The notes under the pieces are model-generated. The model was not told the DNA's origin. It worked only from the letters and a program-made list of their open reading frames with translations, and did not search any database. A stretch of DNA of 64,000 bases, taken from Diplonema japonicum. Lineage: Eukaryota; Protista; Euglenozoa: Diplonemea. Below, in pieces: positions 30,701 to 38,514 of the stretch. Made by a program: the position numbers and the translations under genes. The stretch covers positions 372,001 to 436,000 of the forward strand of contig OZ025686.1 of assembly GCA_964019335.1 (NCBI GenBank). The letters run 5' to 3'. Each line of letters opens with the position of its first letter. Positions within the stretch are counted from its first letter, which is position 1.

Positions 30701-31572
30701 GCAGTTGCCATGCAGAGAGTGGCACCGCCTGTCCACCATATCTGACCAGACTTCTCGTCTATGAAAACGGGCGAGTGAAGGACTTGCTTAGGGATGGGCG
30801 CGGTGCCGCCCAGCACTGACCAGATACCCGAATTAATGTTAAGAATACCAACTGACCAGTTGAGGCAACCTGCGGTGGTGATGCCACCCGCGACTATGAA
30901 GTCTTGGTTGTAGAAGGCGGTGGTGTGGCCGGAGCGAGGGATGCCGGAGGGTGGCAGAGGAGACCAGCGTTGAGTAGCAAGGTCGAACGACCAGGTCTCG
31001 TCAGTGAGGACAGGTGGAGCTAGTTGAGACGCTCCGCCATGGAGAACGAGACGGGAGTTCCTCTTGTCCAACAACAGCGAGTGGTGTACTAAGGGAGGGG
31101 GCACGCTGCTGGTGTCTTCCTCATGCTGATGAACTAGCACCCAGCGCCGTTTCCCAGTGCTTGTCAGAACTGTCGTGAACATTTCATTGACGAGCTGCCC
31201 GCCATTCCCAATCCCCCCATGCACCACTAGCTTGTTCTTCAGCACGACTGCAGCGGACAGCAACCCTAAAGGTCCGTAGCCCTTTATCTCCATTCGCACC
31301 CACTGCTTCGTTGCGTCAGTAGCGTTGATATACAGCAGTTCGCCTCGGTATAAACAAAAAACACACCCCGACCACAGAACACAAGCACAGCTTTCAGGCA
31401 TCGGTGCAGGCATGTCCTCGTCTTTCTCCAAGCTTAAGACCTCTTGCTTCTTTGTGGCACTCCTCCGCAAAGCTTCGTGAGTGTTTCTCAATGCCATGGG
31501 GGCCTCCAGATACGACTGGATCCGCTCTGAAAAGGGCCGTGGCATGGGTGCCAACGGTGGGTGCGGGTTCAT
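24787..31572 (-). CDS. Giant protein: Kelch repeats, LRR-like segment, coiled coil, tandem bacterial-adhesin-like beta-sandwich repeats
   Basis: Kelch motifs (LVVHGG, LVLHGG..DETWSFDL...W, PRSGHT); repeated D.D...F.GG.L...D.L and L.gL.y.N.S.dP motifs; >2200 aa uninterrupted ORF. Confidence 0.8.
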   Translation of the reverse strand: MNPHPPLAPMPRPFSERIQSYLEAPMALRNTHEALRRSATKKQEVLSLEKDEDMPAPMPESCACVLWSGCVFCLYRGELLYINATDATKQWVRMEIKGYGPLGLLSAAVVLKNKLVVHGGIGNGGQLVNEMFTTVLTSTGKRRWVLVHQHEEDTSSVPPPLVHHSLLLDKRNSRLVLHGGASQLAPPVLTDETWSFDLATQRWSPLPPSGIPRSGHTTAFYNQDFIVAGGITTAGCLNWSVGILNINSGIWSVLGGTAPIPKQVLHSPVFIDEKSGQIWWTGGATLCMATAGDWEVVETDPMPKIDACSVWCSKKGTVCCVKGSSLFTFREGKWMQADIDGSTNLIMKRTQTPRTPIPPKTGHKAEQKEVHTGSAPRTAPKQKIRPIPAEVPKKVKVKSLATTKKVLAACTNTITDVISPALLAKVKQLTNTSLMLDLREMVLTSNDFYYVYTLLRHHPSIKKVDCTGIAPVNNISAKAILTAVQENPNIASWRLDAVVFEYDKYKAEIRKAIELNLQKETEQLAENRQRKTAARNTKKLERERNKRELEWEKVKEVTLLDIGGKVGAVLIQQQEGRQQTRMEWEIMYTLAVSTEKAQREKLIELKKLAMDLESERTLFAKREVSFRFKTETNEHRCFYDLRHLEAIERRKLEELLTDRERSRKLERDAFFHEERDIRTTIKAAHEEDSKEFRVSVANLLQQHKDMKLMLKRKEEEKQRLFAEAEAKRKSEQEKQQKKEAELELKRRAAIINVGDAERHTRESVLCEEREQRLLLTGSTYTTLLKEAKLHEAEGDAKRELIACEAMPPMCSISQPSKSEVLLSTTTPTVVNRPFIGDTLIAEVTCPKHLKEGKPYPHNTEDYEALCRRRTAIAKGEICIYTTRTDQTEEGNAPLLSLANMQIHARKTGLIVDGNEVYMWRGEEKVLIATFESYKPDSYDAGAGLQVQVHGLDLDALREILNLLELVLPFGCVKKGQSVFVHVDFDIVFVGMDLSSTSTSVVTLKTQPPDISLPEEITHNYREGRGELKLFKNVVVSNNISPTPDVFVHMLGHGVEDKLLMKHSVGMEDLEILSPGLTTNFDEREPGEDYTCFSFHAKTTDDIVSVLKGLCFVNNSSDPEVNERLVVLSLHSKKTSSPVKLGVIVVQITSVDDPSVMEFNCRTPIWRQMCSDDVPAHFASYVPPQPPLAFAEQGSITDIDTDTFKGGYLSFSIVFGGTKGDYLMLCPIHSSLTVEGDQVLYNRLPLGTVTTTNGLQIDFVEDGTASIEKASLLFRSVCFQTDYKSHKDSRKLTVQAEFVINGIPVRSTCTIKVTSPLLSLPPAATMHSVREDCGVVRLGNYDVLDDDEGWDGGDICLEFIEGATPTDALLMQEKGDLTIVPMRKKRSRARSMVRACKETNGEENEEDEEEEEEEEEEEEEEELEEEAVEEEDIKEQPTEPSPKEESDRQETTTEVEPSPSTTESPRSTLNQSTRSNTVLKDLVRRKLKDEVKRKIVTKKNIAYLMKMGVNKKATEGQQDGQQHTHEILINKVSKATMAQSRNNLVIKFKVGKNVKKGKGERAEQALVKRKDVIQVLRGLSYCNESQNPSVLKKMIKVTAWDGMSQHSVSVLELCILPVENATEILRVDTETRRYRQGSEADSFGFLLFDDCTLHDPDTLTFNGGILAVNLVAGSTGRRTDHIVIQDKEEQMMNYQYHKRLLEVEQASADKKERKLLTLTCRLKDSRRLEAIQNTSKRIFVRKENEKLYVTDVGCEEMYFGKVISEGGTTVEVKFAPLPKGANRPETQEELDACPGGITIEMVETLLHCMSYQTDAKKIKTSVLTFQLRINANDGSSDGKVKIPVEVCGPLLWAPDYACSATFCMNGGPVPINVKVQTQLESSRPLTDGCLVFSLSAGATPNDNLLLRTEGTMYVVKDSDLFCGKDYIGEIKETPHKIIVAFSWASKATNANLTPLMRLVCFDSGGKVEKHSRRAEFHLTTSSFDMGSYLGTKISIRAADKTVTISQNGSPSLLCYSMAGPVRPFKDVDIVEDNDDMYERSSYLQFEFLGMFTEHDVLGLEMQCTANGKVVLEGEEVGLLEKLKSKAGFKVQLNCGHADVEALLSLVEYRCMQADKPKKRSIQLTIKVGKNSVRSKKVIDVKPCLWTCSTFHEGCDLARGTSMQLFSEDLAASKGETPTVTVSVSSGNPNFALSFEDYDTPTNTVTPSLISVSLPAGDADDVASILQKVFIEASGESPESEVRVSVSSESVIFLDTQVPVKCQ

Positions 31573-31646
31573 CTTTGACCCACTTGTCCAGCCCTGTTGG
31601 TTGTATGAGAGGGAAGAGGGGGAAAATAGTATATAAAAAAAAAATA

Positions 31647-32921
31647 CTAAACCGGCCGCTTGTTTCCCACTAAATGCCACACGCCCCCTATGACGCCTAT
31701 CAGTACCCACATGTAGCAAGGGTGTTCGTAAAGGCCCAACGGTCTGACCACACCTAAAAAGATGCCGAGAGCGCCTATCAAAGGCGGTGTTGTCCTCATG
31801 CAGTAGGCAGTTTTAACATGCAAACCGAAGATGGCAAACATGGAGTAGATGTAAAGAGGGGGCTGCAGGACGAAGAGAGACGGATGCGCCACGGCGAGAA
31901 TCACAACGAGGAAGGGAAGAGGCCGCGAGACAGGTCCCTTGAAAACCAACAACAGCAGATACACAAAAGGCTCCACAACAGACGACACAAAGAGAAGCAC
32001 CGGCATGCACGGCAGGGAAAAATGCTGCGCGAGATGTACAAAATTCGTCTGTCGTATCTTAATGGCTCTTTGTAGAAGCTCTATGATGCTGAATTCGCCC
32101 GATACCCAAGAACAGCCTTCAGAGGAACGGTGGTAGCATTCACGGCCCCAATGGGATCTCGCTCCACACCCACGGAAGTGATGATGACATACAACATAAT
32201 GATACTTGGTGAGGCCTTCACCATTGCACGATCCTTGCACCACAAAGGGTATCTCCTTGATTCGGTACGCTGGCCCTTCCGCATTGTCGGCCCTCATTGC
32301 GTATGTGAAGTATAATTCGTACTCCGATTGCCTGTAAGGAGACTCCACGAATACCTTCCAGAAAGGCTTCCCGTGAATTTTACTAACTGTGTCCATCAAA
32401 TTACGCAGAACGGCAGTGCTTAGAAGCATGTGGTGAGAGATGCCTGTTGTTCGAGTCTCAATGTTCTCAGTTTGAAAGCCTGAGAGGACGTACGAGACGA
32501 ATTTCTTGTATGTGAAAACGTCCATCCCGCGTGCGGTGTTGAAGTAGGCAGTGTCTGTTGATCTGTTGTACAAAACTACAGGTCGCAGCCATCGAACGTC
32601 AGCGTCCATAACAAGGTACAGACCTTCTGCTTGGTTCAGGTGGGAGTAGTACAACGGTCCGTAGAGTTTTATGAGTTGTTGCACCACCCATCCGTTTGCT
32701 CCATTGAGGTGCTTCATGCTTATGTTAGCCCATTCAAGAATTCGGTTTTCTTCGCCTATTCCTATCTCGTGGATTGTCCCCGCTCCCATCACATTTTTCC
32801 GCACAAATTCTCTATTTTCTGCTGCCATCGAGACGTCGATAGCTCCCACCGGTATGATAACATCGTGGACAGCAAGACCACCGCAGCAAAGCATGCCACT
32901 TAACAAGATGAATTGCATCAT
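31647..32921 (-). CDS. DUF6492-like GT-A-fold glycosyltransferase with signal peptide and C-terminal hydrophobic helices
   Basis: DVIIP, GWVVQQLIKL, YLVMDAD (DxD), HHM, SEYELYF. Confidence 0.7.
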   Translation of the reverse strand: MMQFILLSGMLCCGGLAVHDVIIPVGAIDVSMAAENREFVRKNVMGAGTIHEIGIGEENRILEWANISMKHLNGANGWVVQQLIKLYGPLYYSHLNQAEGLYLVMDADVRWLRPVVLYNRSTDTAYFNTARGMDVFTYKKFVSYVLSGFQTENIETRTTGISHHMLLSTAVLRNLMDTVSKIHGKPFWKVFVESPYRQSEYELYFTYAMRADNAEGPAYRIKEIPFVVQGSCNGEGLTKYHYVVCHHHFRGCGARSHWGRECYHRSSEGCSWVSGEFSIIELLQRAIKIRQTNFVHLAQHFSLPCMPVLLFVSSVVEPFVYLLLLVFKGPVSRPLPFLVVILAVAHPSLFVLQPPLYIYSMFAIFGLHVKTAYCMRTTPPLIGALGIFLGVVRPLGLYEHPCYMWVLIGVIGGVWHLVGNKRPV

Positions 32922-33108
32922 TTTGGGATACACATTTATATTCTCGTGTTTATGCGTGTAATCCTGTTTGTCATTTTTTTTTTTTCTTTTTCTTTTTTTT
33001 TCCACTTTCAATGAACGAGAGTTGGCTTGTTCGATGTGTGTTGTCAATCATCATCTTGGAATTTAAAAAATTTTTTTTAAAAAATCAGCGTCCCAAATTC
33101 AAAAGAAA

Positions 33109-33195
33109 TCAGCTTCGGGAAAATGTGTTACTAATCAAAACCCAGTGGGCTCATCTAGGCAAACTAGATCAATTTTTAAACAAGGTTTGTCATCA
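33109..33195 (-). ncRNA. Box C/D snoRNA family B (SNORD50-like D guide); other copies 33378-33464 and 34403-34489
   Basis: TGATGA...TTTTCCCGAAG-CTGA; guide is complementary to LSU CUUCGGGAAAA. Confidence 0.82.
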
Positions 33196-33245
33196 CTTTT
33201 ATTTTCTTCTTTTTTGATGTTTTACCTGGCTAAGAGAATCAATAA

Positions 33246-33328
33246 TCAGAAGGCTCTTCCTAATAACAAGTTTTTTCTGTCACGGGTCGGTCAGAGTTGG
33301 ATTGTTCGATGTGTGTTGTCAATCATCA
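33246..33328 (-). ncRNA. Box C/D snoRNA family A (double guide to the LSU peptidyl-transferase region); other copies 34292-34375, 34712-34795, truncated 33017-33053
   Basis: TGATGA..GAACAATCCAACT-CTGA..TAGGAAGAGCCTT-CTGA; complementary to LSU GUUGGAUUGUUC and GGCUCUUCCUA. Confidence 0.9.
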
Positions 33329-33551
33329 TCTTGGAATTTTTTTTTTTAATGGGAACAACAAAAAAAAAAAGAAGAAATCAGCTTCGGGAAAATGTGCTAC
33401 TAATCAAAACCCAGTGGGCTCATCTAGGCAAACTAGATCAATTTTTAAACAAGGTTTGTCATCACTTTCCTATGCAGCCATTGATGACGACCAACATCTA
33501 CTACTTCCTTCCAGGTGCAACTTCTTATTTTCGGCACTACAACAGCCAACC

Positions 33552-33614
33552 ACATCTAGTCGAGCCGCCGTGGCACCATGCCATGAAGGGGCATGCAACC
33601 CGGTGTGGCCGACA
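33552..33614 (-). ncRNA. Single-hairpin AGA-box (H/ACA-like) RNA family C; other copies ~33977-34039 and ~34169-34230
   Basis: GTCG..CATGCC loop GGCATG..CGAC-T-AGA-NNN; conserved across 6 copies with variable spacers. Confidence 0.6.
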
Positions 33615-33675
33615 GTGAAAAAAAAACAGGAGGGTGGGGAGGGTATGGGGTCCATCCTCTGGCCTTTTTTATGTT

Positions 33676-33797
33676 TCAGTCAATATTTAATCCAACTGTA
33701 TCTGTTGTATTCTCAGCGGAAGTGAAGGGGATGAGGAGGGGTGACCCTCCCTATCCACTCCCCCCTCAGACATTAAACCACAGATAATCAGTCATCA
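33676..33797 (-). ncRNA. Long box C/D snoRNA family F with internal GC hairpin
   Basis: TGATGA..CTGA(D')..hairpin..CTGA; second copy at 59321-59442. Confidence 0.7.
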
Positions 33798-33823
33798 CGC
33801 TCAGCAACAGGGAGACAGGCGAA

Positions 33824-33955
33824 AGGTCTACTAAGCCATGGAAGCTAGCCTACATTGGGAAATGGGGGAACCACCAGAAGCTCTTCTCACCTCTCGGAAC
33901 ATTTGAACAGGAGTCACAGCACCATGGAAAGCTGAGTCCATGCCTGATGAACCTT
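33824..33955 (-). ncRNA. Two adjacent putative AGA-box RNAs (families D and E); another D copy at ~34069-34136
   Basis: Conserved ~65 nt units ending AGAGGT / AGACCT, repeated in both clusters. Confidence 0.5.
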
Positions 33956-34897
33956 TTTGTTTTGGCACTCAAAACCACATCTAGTCGAGCCGCCGTGGCA
34001 CCATGCCATGAATGGGCATGCAACCCGGTGTGGCCGACAGGGGTAAAGAAAAAGATCGTTTTCCCTCTCACCTCTCGGGACATTTGAACAGGAGTCACAG
34101 CACCATGGAAAGCTGAGTCCATGCCTGATGAACCTTTTTGTTCGGCACCTAAAAAAAAGTCAAAACCGTATCTAGTCGAGCCGCCGTGGCACCATGCCAT
34201 GAAGGGGCATGCAACCCGGTGTGGCCGACAACGGGTAAAGAAGTGAGAGCGTCCTCAATTCTCTCATTTGTAATTTGGTTCGTTCTGAATATCAGAAGGC
34301 TCTTCCTAATAACAAGTTTTTTTCTGTCACGGGTCGGTCAGAGTTGGATTGTTCGATGTATGTTGTCAATCATCATCTTGGAATTCGTAGTGGGGGCAAA
34401 AGTCAGCTTCGGGAAAATGTGTTACTAATCAAAACCCAGTGGGCTCATCTAGGCAAACTAAATCAATTTTTAAACAAGGTTTGTCATCATTCAATTTCAT
34501 AGAATTAAAATCAATCTCTATACCCTAATAGCTCAACACAAAAACCTTTAACAAAAAAGAAGAAAAAAAAAATGGGGCTTTGATTGTAACACTTGGTGGC
34601 GTTAAGCGTGCAACGAAGCACGAACTATCTACTTGATTACAGGGGGCGCTCCTCGGCCGAGCAGTAGCTTCTTCTGAAAAAAAAGCGGGAGAAGGGGAGA
34701 GAAAAAAAACCTCAGAAGGCTCTTCCTAATAACAAGTTTTTTTCTGTCACGGGTCGGTCAGAGTTGGATTGTTCGATGTGTGTTGTCAATCATCATTGTG
34801 ATTCTTTTTTTTTTTTTTTTTTTCCAATTGCTAGCAAATAAAAAATAAAAGAAAACACTTTTTTTATGGAAAAATTTTGTCGCCCCCCTCACAACTC

Positions 34898-36550
34898 TCA
34901 GCTGTCCTTGTGAGGGTCTGATTGAGGGTCTTCATACGAAGCGGCATCGGCATCGGAGTAGGTGACATTGTGACCAAGTTCCTGCATTTGTTGCCGAACG
35001 CCTTCCATGTGTGCGAACCTGTTCTCCCACTTGTCCATCTCGTCTCGCTTTCTCTCTGGGGCAGGTTTCCAGCCAACGTGAGTCTCCTCTCTGTGGATCA
35101 GACCCTGGCCTATTTCGAGTTGTTCCCTCAGCGCTGCTTCGATTTCAAGTGCATCTTGGATGTACTCGGCGGGCTTCATCTTGAAGGAGTCCTTCAACTT
35201 GGAGAGGGCTGTCGTCTTGCCCTGTGTTCTCTGTTTTCTCAGCATGGATCCCTTTTCGTATCGCAGTCTGATCTCCTTGTGAAGCTGTTGCTGTGTTCCT
35301 CGCTGTGTGGTTCGCATGTATCGTTCATGCAGGGTTTCCACTCCGCTGGGTCTTACTTCGTGCGTTTTCGTGAATCTCGCTGCTCTTCTGAGCTCCCTGT
35401 ACATTTCTTGGTCGCCTTCGAAGTCCGGCATTCTTCCTGGAGCGGGTCTGCTGTTTACTCTCAAGGCTGCGACCTCACCCAGAAGCCACGGTTCCTCCTC
35501 CTCCACCCTCTCATACAGCTTCTGCAGAGCCAGCTGGTACGCGTTGTACTGGAATTCTTTCTTTTCCGCAGCAAGCTCGTCTCTCAGGTGTTTGTCCTTT
35601 GTATGGCATCTTGTTAAATGATGTTTTTTTTTTTTTTTTTCCCCTTTCTTCCGAGCATACTTTTCCAATTCCTTTATGAACCATTCCTCCAACACCTTTA
35701 ATTTCACCAGTGCCATTCCGTTGATCTCACCACCCATGTTTCCTAGGGAAAATTTTTTTTTAAAAAAAAAATTCTTTTTGTGCTTTCATACCTTCGAGTA
35801 AGGAGACCTCCTGTGCAAGGGCAAGGGGCGTGTCTTTTTTGCCATCGCCGTCGCCTTTCGTTTCCTCCTTTGAAACTGTATTTTTTTTTCCCTCCCTCTT
35901 TTAGTTCAATTGGCATACGCATATCAGGAACGGGTATAGTGGCACCAGAGAGCTTACTCACACGAAAACGTTGAACCTCTCCAGTGGCAGGGTCTTCCAG
36001 ATCCATCCATTCCACATCGCAGGGTGAGTCTTCTTTGGGGTCAATGAGACGAACCTCGTTGTACTGAAGCCAGTCTTCTTTGAATTGTGTTATAGTTTGC
36101 CCAGACTGAGGATCTCGACCGTCTTGCCGGAGCATCCGCGCACCCTCTACTTTGATGACCATGGCAGAGTGAAGAATATCGATGATACGCCCACGCTTGC
36201 CCTTGTCTGTGCCTTCGATAACTTCGACGATGTCACCGGCAACAAATTGCCATTTTTCTTTTTCGAGCCTTCCTTGTTTCGGGGTTTCCATCCATCTGTG
36301 CTCCATGATTGAGCTGTACATTCCTGGTGTCAGGGCTCGGGTCCCCCAGTAACGATTCTCTTCTATCGCGTTGGTGGCAATATATTCCTCCTTTTGCTGT
36401 CGGTATGTGATGCTTCGCCACATCGTGTCTTTGGGTGTGAAATTTTAGAGAGCAATAAATAAATAAAAAAAGTTTTTTTATAATACCTGGTGCAGGTTTT
36501 CCGACTCCTGCCGATCGCAGCCTCCTTTGAACCCTTAGTGATCTCGACAT
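34898..36550 (-). CDS. MRPL24: Mitochondrial ribosomal protein uL24m-like (KOW motif); 5 exons
   Basis: WQFVAGDIVEVIEGTDKGKRGRI, EVRLIDP, RVSKLSGATIP, DG.KDTP; Arg-rich presequence-like exon MSRSLRVQRRLRS; four short GTAT..AG introns join the ORFs in frame. Confidence 0.8.
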
Positions 36551-36916
36551 TTTCCCCTCTCACCAGCCCCCCTCTCTTCCCTTTTGTATAGTTTTGTAAA
36601 ATGTTGATTAACAAAAGTTGTTTGGTAATAGTAAACAGAGAGGGAGAAAAAAGTCTTTTATCAGCGACGTGAAACCTCCCACATGAGAAAAGGGTACTGT
36701 GTATGGGGGAGTGGGATCCAGCAAAAATGCTGTTCCCCTTGTTCCCCCCCTGTTCCCGCTTCATGATTTAGACGTTTCTTTGCTTTGTGGTTCATTGTAT
36801 ATGTATATATATATATTTTTTTTTTTTAAAATTAAAGAAGAAACAAAAGTGCAACGTAAAGAAGAAGAACAAGAGAGAGAAAAGAATCTTGACTGCTTCC
36901 CTCCTTAAAGCCCTCT

Positions 36917-37576
36917 TCACGCCTTGTAGACGGAGAAGACACCCTCCTTCTTTGCGTAGTGGGCCTTCACCACCGGGATGTTTGCGATCTTCTTGGTGTG
37001 TGCGGTGATGTTCTTGAAGGGGGCGAGGCAGTCGGTGGGGTAGCCGTCGAACTGCCCGCTCCTGAAGATGTTGGGCCAGGCGAAGACAGCGGCGTCGGCG
37101 AGGGTGAGGTGGTCCCCGACTGCGAACCCGGAGGGGTTCTTCCCGATCAACTCGTCGATGAAGGTGAGCCACTTGAAGGCGTCGCCGCCCTCCGCCACAG
37201 AGGCTGCCCTGAAGGCCTCCCTCTCAGCTCCCTCGGGGACACCGAAGCTCTTGATGAGGGGACCGAACACCTCTCCAACCATGTCCACCATCTCGTCCAC
37301 GCGGAGGGCAGCAAGCGGGCACTCCGGGTACAGGGGCTTCCCCTCGAACGAAGACTTCTTCGCCGCCCACCTCGCCATCGCCACGCTCTGCGATACCTGC
37401 ACACCGTCCAACTCCATCAGAGGAAGCTGCTTGGGGGCAACCGTCGGCTTCATCTTCCCCCACGACTCTCCGGTCAGGATCTCATCCTCGAAGGGCACTC
37501 CCCCGACCATCAGGCAGAACCGGGTCGGCTCCAACCTCCCCGCAATGTCGAAGTAGGTGAGCTTCACAGACGGCAT
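36917..37576 (-). CDS. Glutathione S-transferase (sigma-like), copy 1
   Basis: LTYFDIAGRLEPTR, QLPLMELDG..SQSVAMAR, FAVGDHLTLAD. Confidence 0.93.
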   Translation of the reverse strand: MPSVKLTYFDIAGRLEPTRFCLMVGGVPFEDEILTGESWGKMKPTVAPKQLPLMELDGVQVSQSVAMARWAAKKSSFEGKPLYPECPLAALRVDEMVDMVGEVFGPLIKSFGVPEGAEREAFRAASVAEGGDAFKWLTFIDELIGKNPSGFAVGDHLTLADAAVFAWPNIFRSGQFDGYPTDCLAPFKNITAHTKKIANIPVVKAHYAKKEGVFSVYKA

Positions 37577-38514
37577 TGTTGTTTTTGTTTTTTTTGTTTT
37601 TAAAGTGTGTAGAACAAGCTTCAGGGGTGATGTAGAGGGTGTGGGATGTAAAAAGAATAAATTTGTCAAAGAGAGGAAGAGAGCTGGTAATCAAGAAAGG
37701 AAGGAAAAAAAAGGGGTAACAAAAGAGCATTCCAAAAAAAGAGACCCGGGGCCTGACTCAACAGAAGCGACAGAGGAGCAGTAGGAAACGGAGGGAAACC
37801 TTGTTTTCTTTTCTTTCGCTCAAGCTGTAATGACAAGAGGTGGAAAGCCCCACAAGTTAGTCCACACCCCTCGCTGTTTACCCTTCAGGTTTCTGTCTGT
37901 TTCTCCTTACTCCTGTTTTACTTGCCCACAACATGGGGGTCCCTTCAGAGTTTGAAGGGCTTATTTTTTGTTTTTCCTTTAAAAATTAGAGATAGGAAGA
38001 AAGGAAGAGTATTTCTTCGGCCCAAAAAATGAATGGGAAGAAGAAGTGAATTTATTGCTATTGGCCGCCATGGCGGCTTCCTCAGTAACTTGTACTGGAG
38101 GTGACTAGCGCGGTTAGCAAGGACACAGTGATGAGACAGCTGGTGTTCCTTGAAGTGATGAAAATAGAACTAGTGCAACTTTTTAAAAAAAATTGGTCGT
38201 CTACGGGATTCCCTCCAAGATGAGCGGGAAGAGGTGAACATTTTGGCATACAAGATGCAAGCCAAAATAAGAATAATAAAAGAAAAATGCACCAAAAGAA
38301 ATGAATTCTTAAGGCAAAATTTTAAAAAAAAAAAAAAAAATAGAAATAGAAATAAAACTGTCCAAGAACATAATTCTTTCGTTTTCTCTCTTCTCTTTCT
38401 TTCTTCTCTTTCTTTCTTTCTTCACAGCCATTAAGCTAAAATAGAATGAGTTAAGTTGTTTCAAAGAAAACTTAGATTGATCCCGTTCTTTCGGGGGGGG
38501 GGTTTTTTTTTCTT

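Larger units (their letters stand above)
33017..34795 (-). ncRNA. snoRNA cluster 1 (box C/D families A, B, F and AGA-box families C, D, E)
   Basis: Repeated ~85-120 nt units read TGATGA...CTGA on the minus strand with rRNA-antisense elements; ~65 nt hairpins end in AGA-NNN. Confidence 0.88.

Noticed and set aside
33011-33787. Short + strand ORFs repeated in the snoRNA arrays
   Set aside because: Translations of snoRNA antisense strands; frames differ between copies
33552-34230. SLA1 (SL RNA pseudouridylation guide), SL RNA or U snRNA genes
   Set aside because: No GAAACTG pocket, no SL exon CAGTTTCTGTAC and no U6/U2/U1 consensus seen
38060-38125. Resemblance to the ingi/L1Tc 77-nt HDV-ribozyme signature (TCCAGTAC..GAGGAAGC) plus a GCCGCCATGGCGGC palindrome
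   Set aside because: P1/P3 pairing elements are missing; the similarity is too short to support
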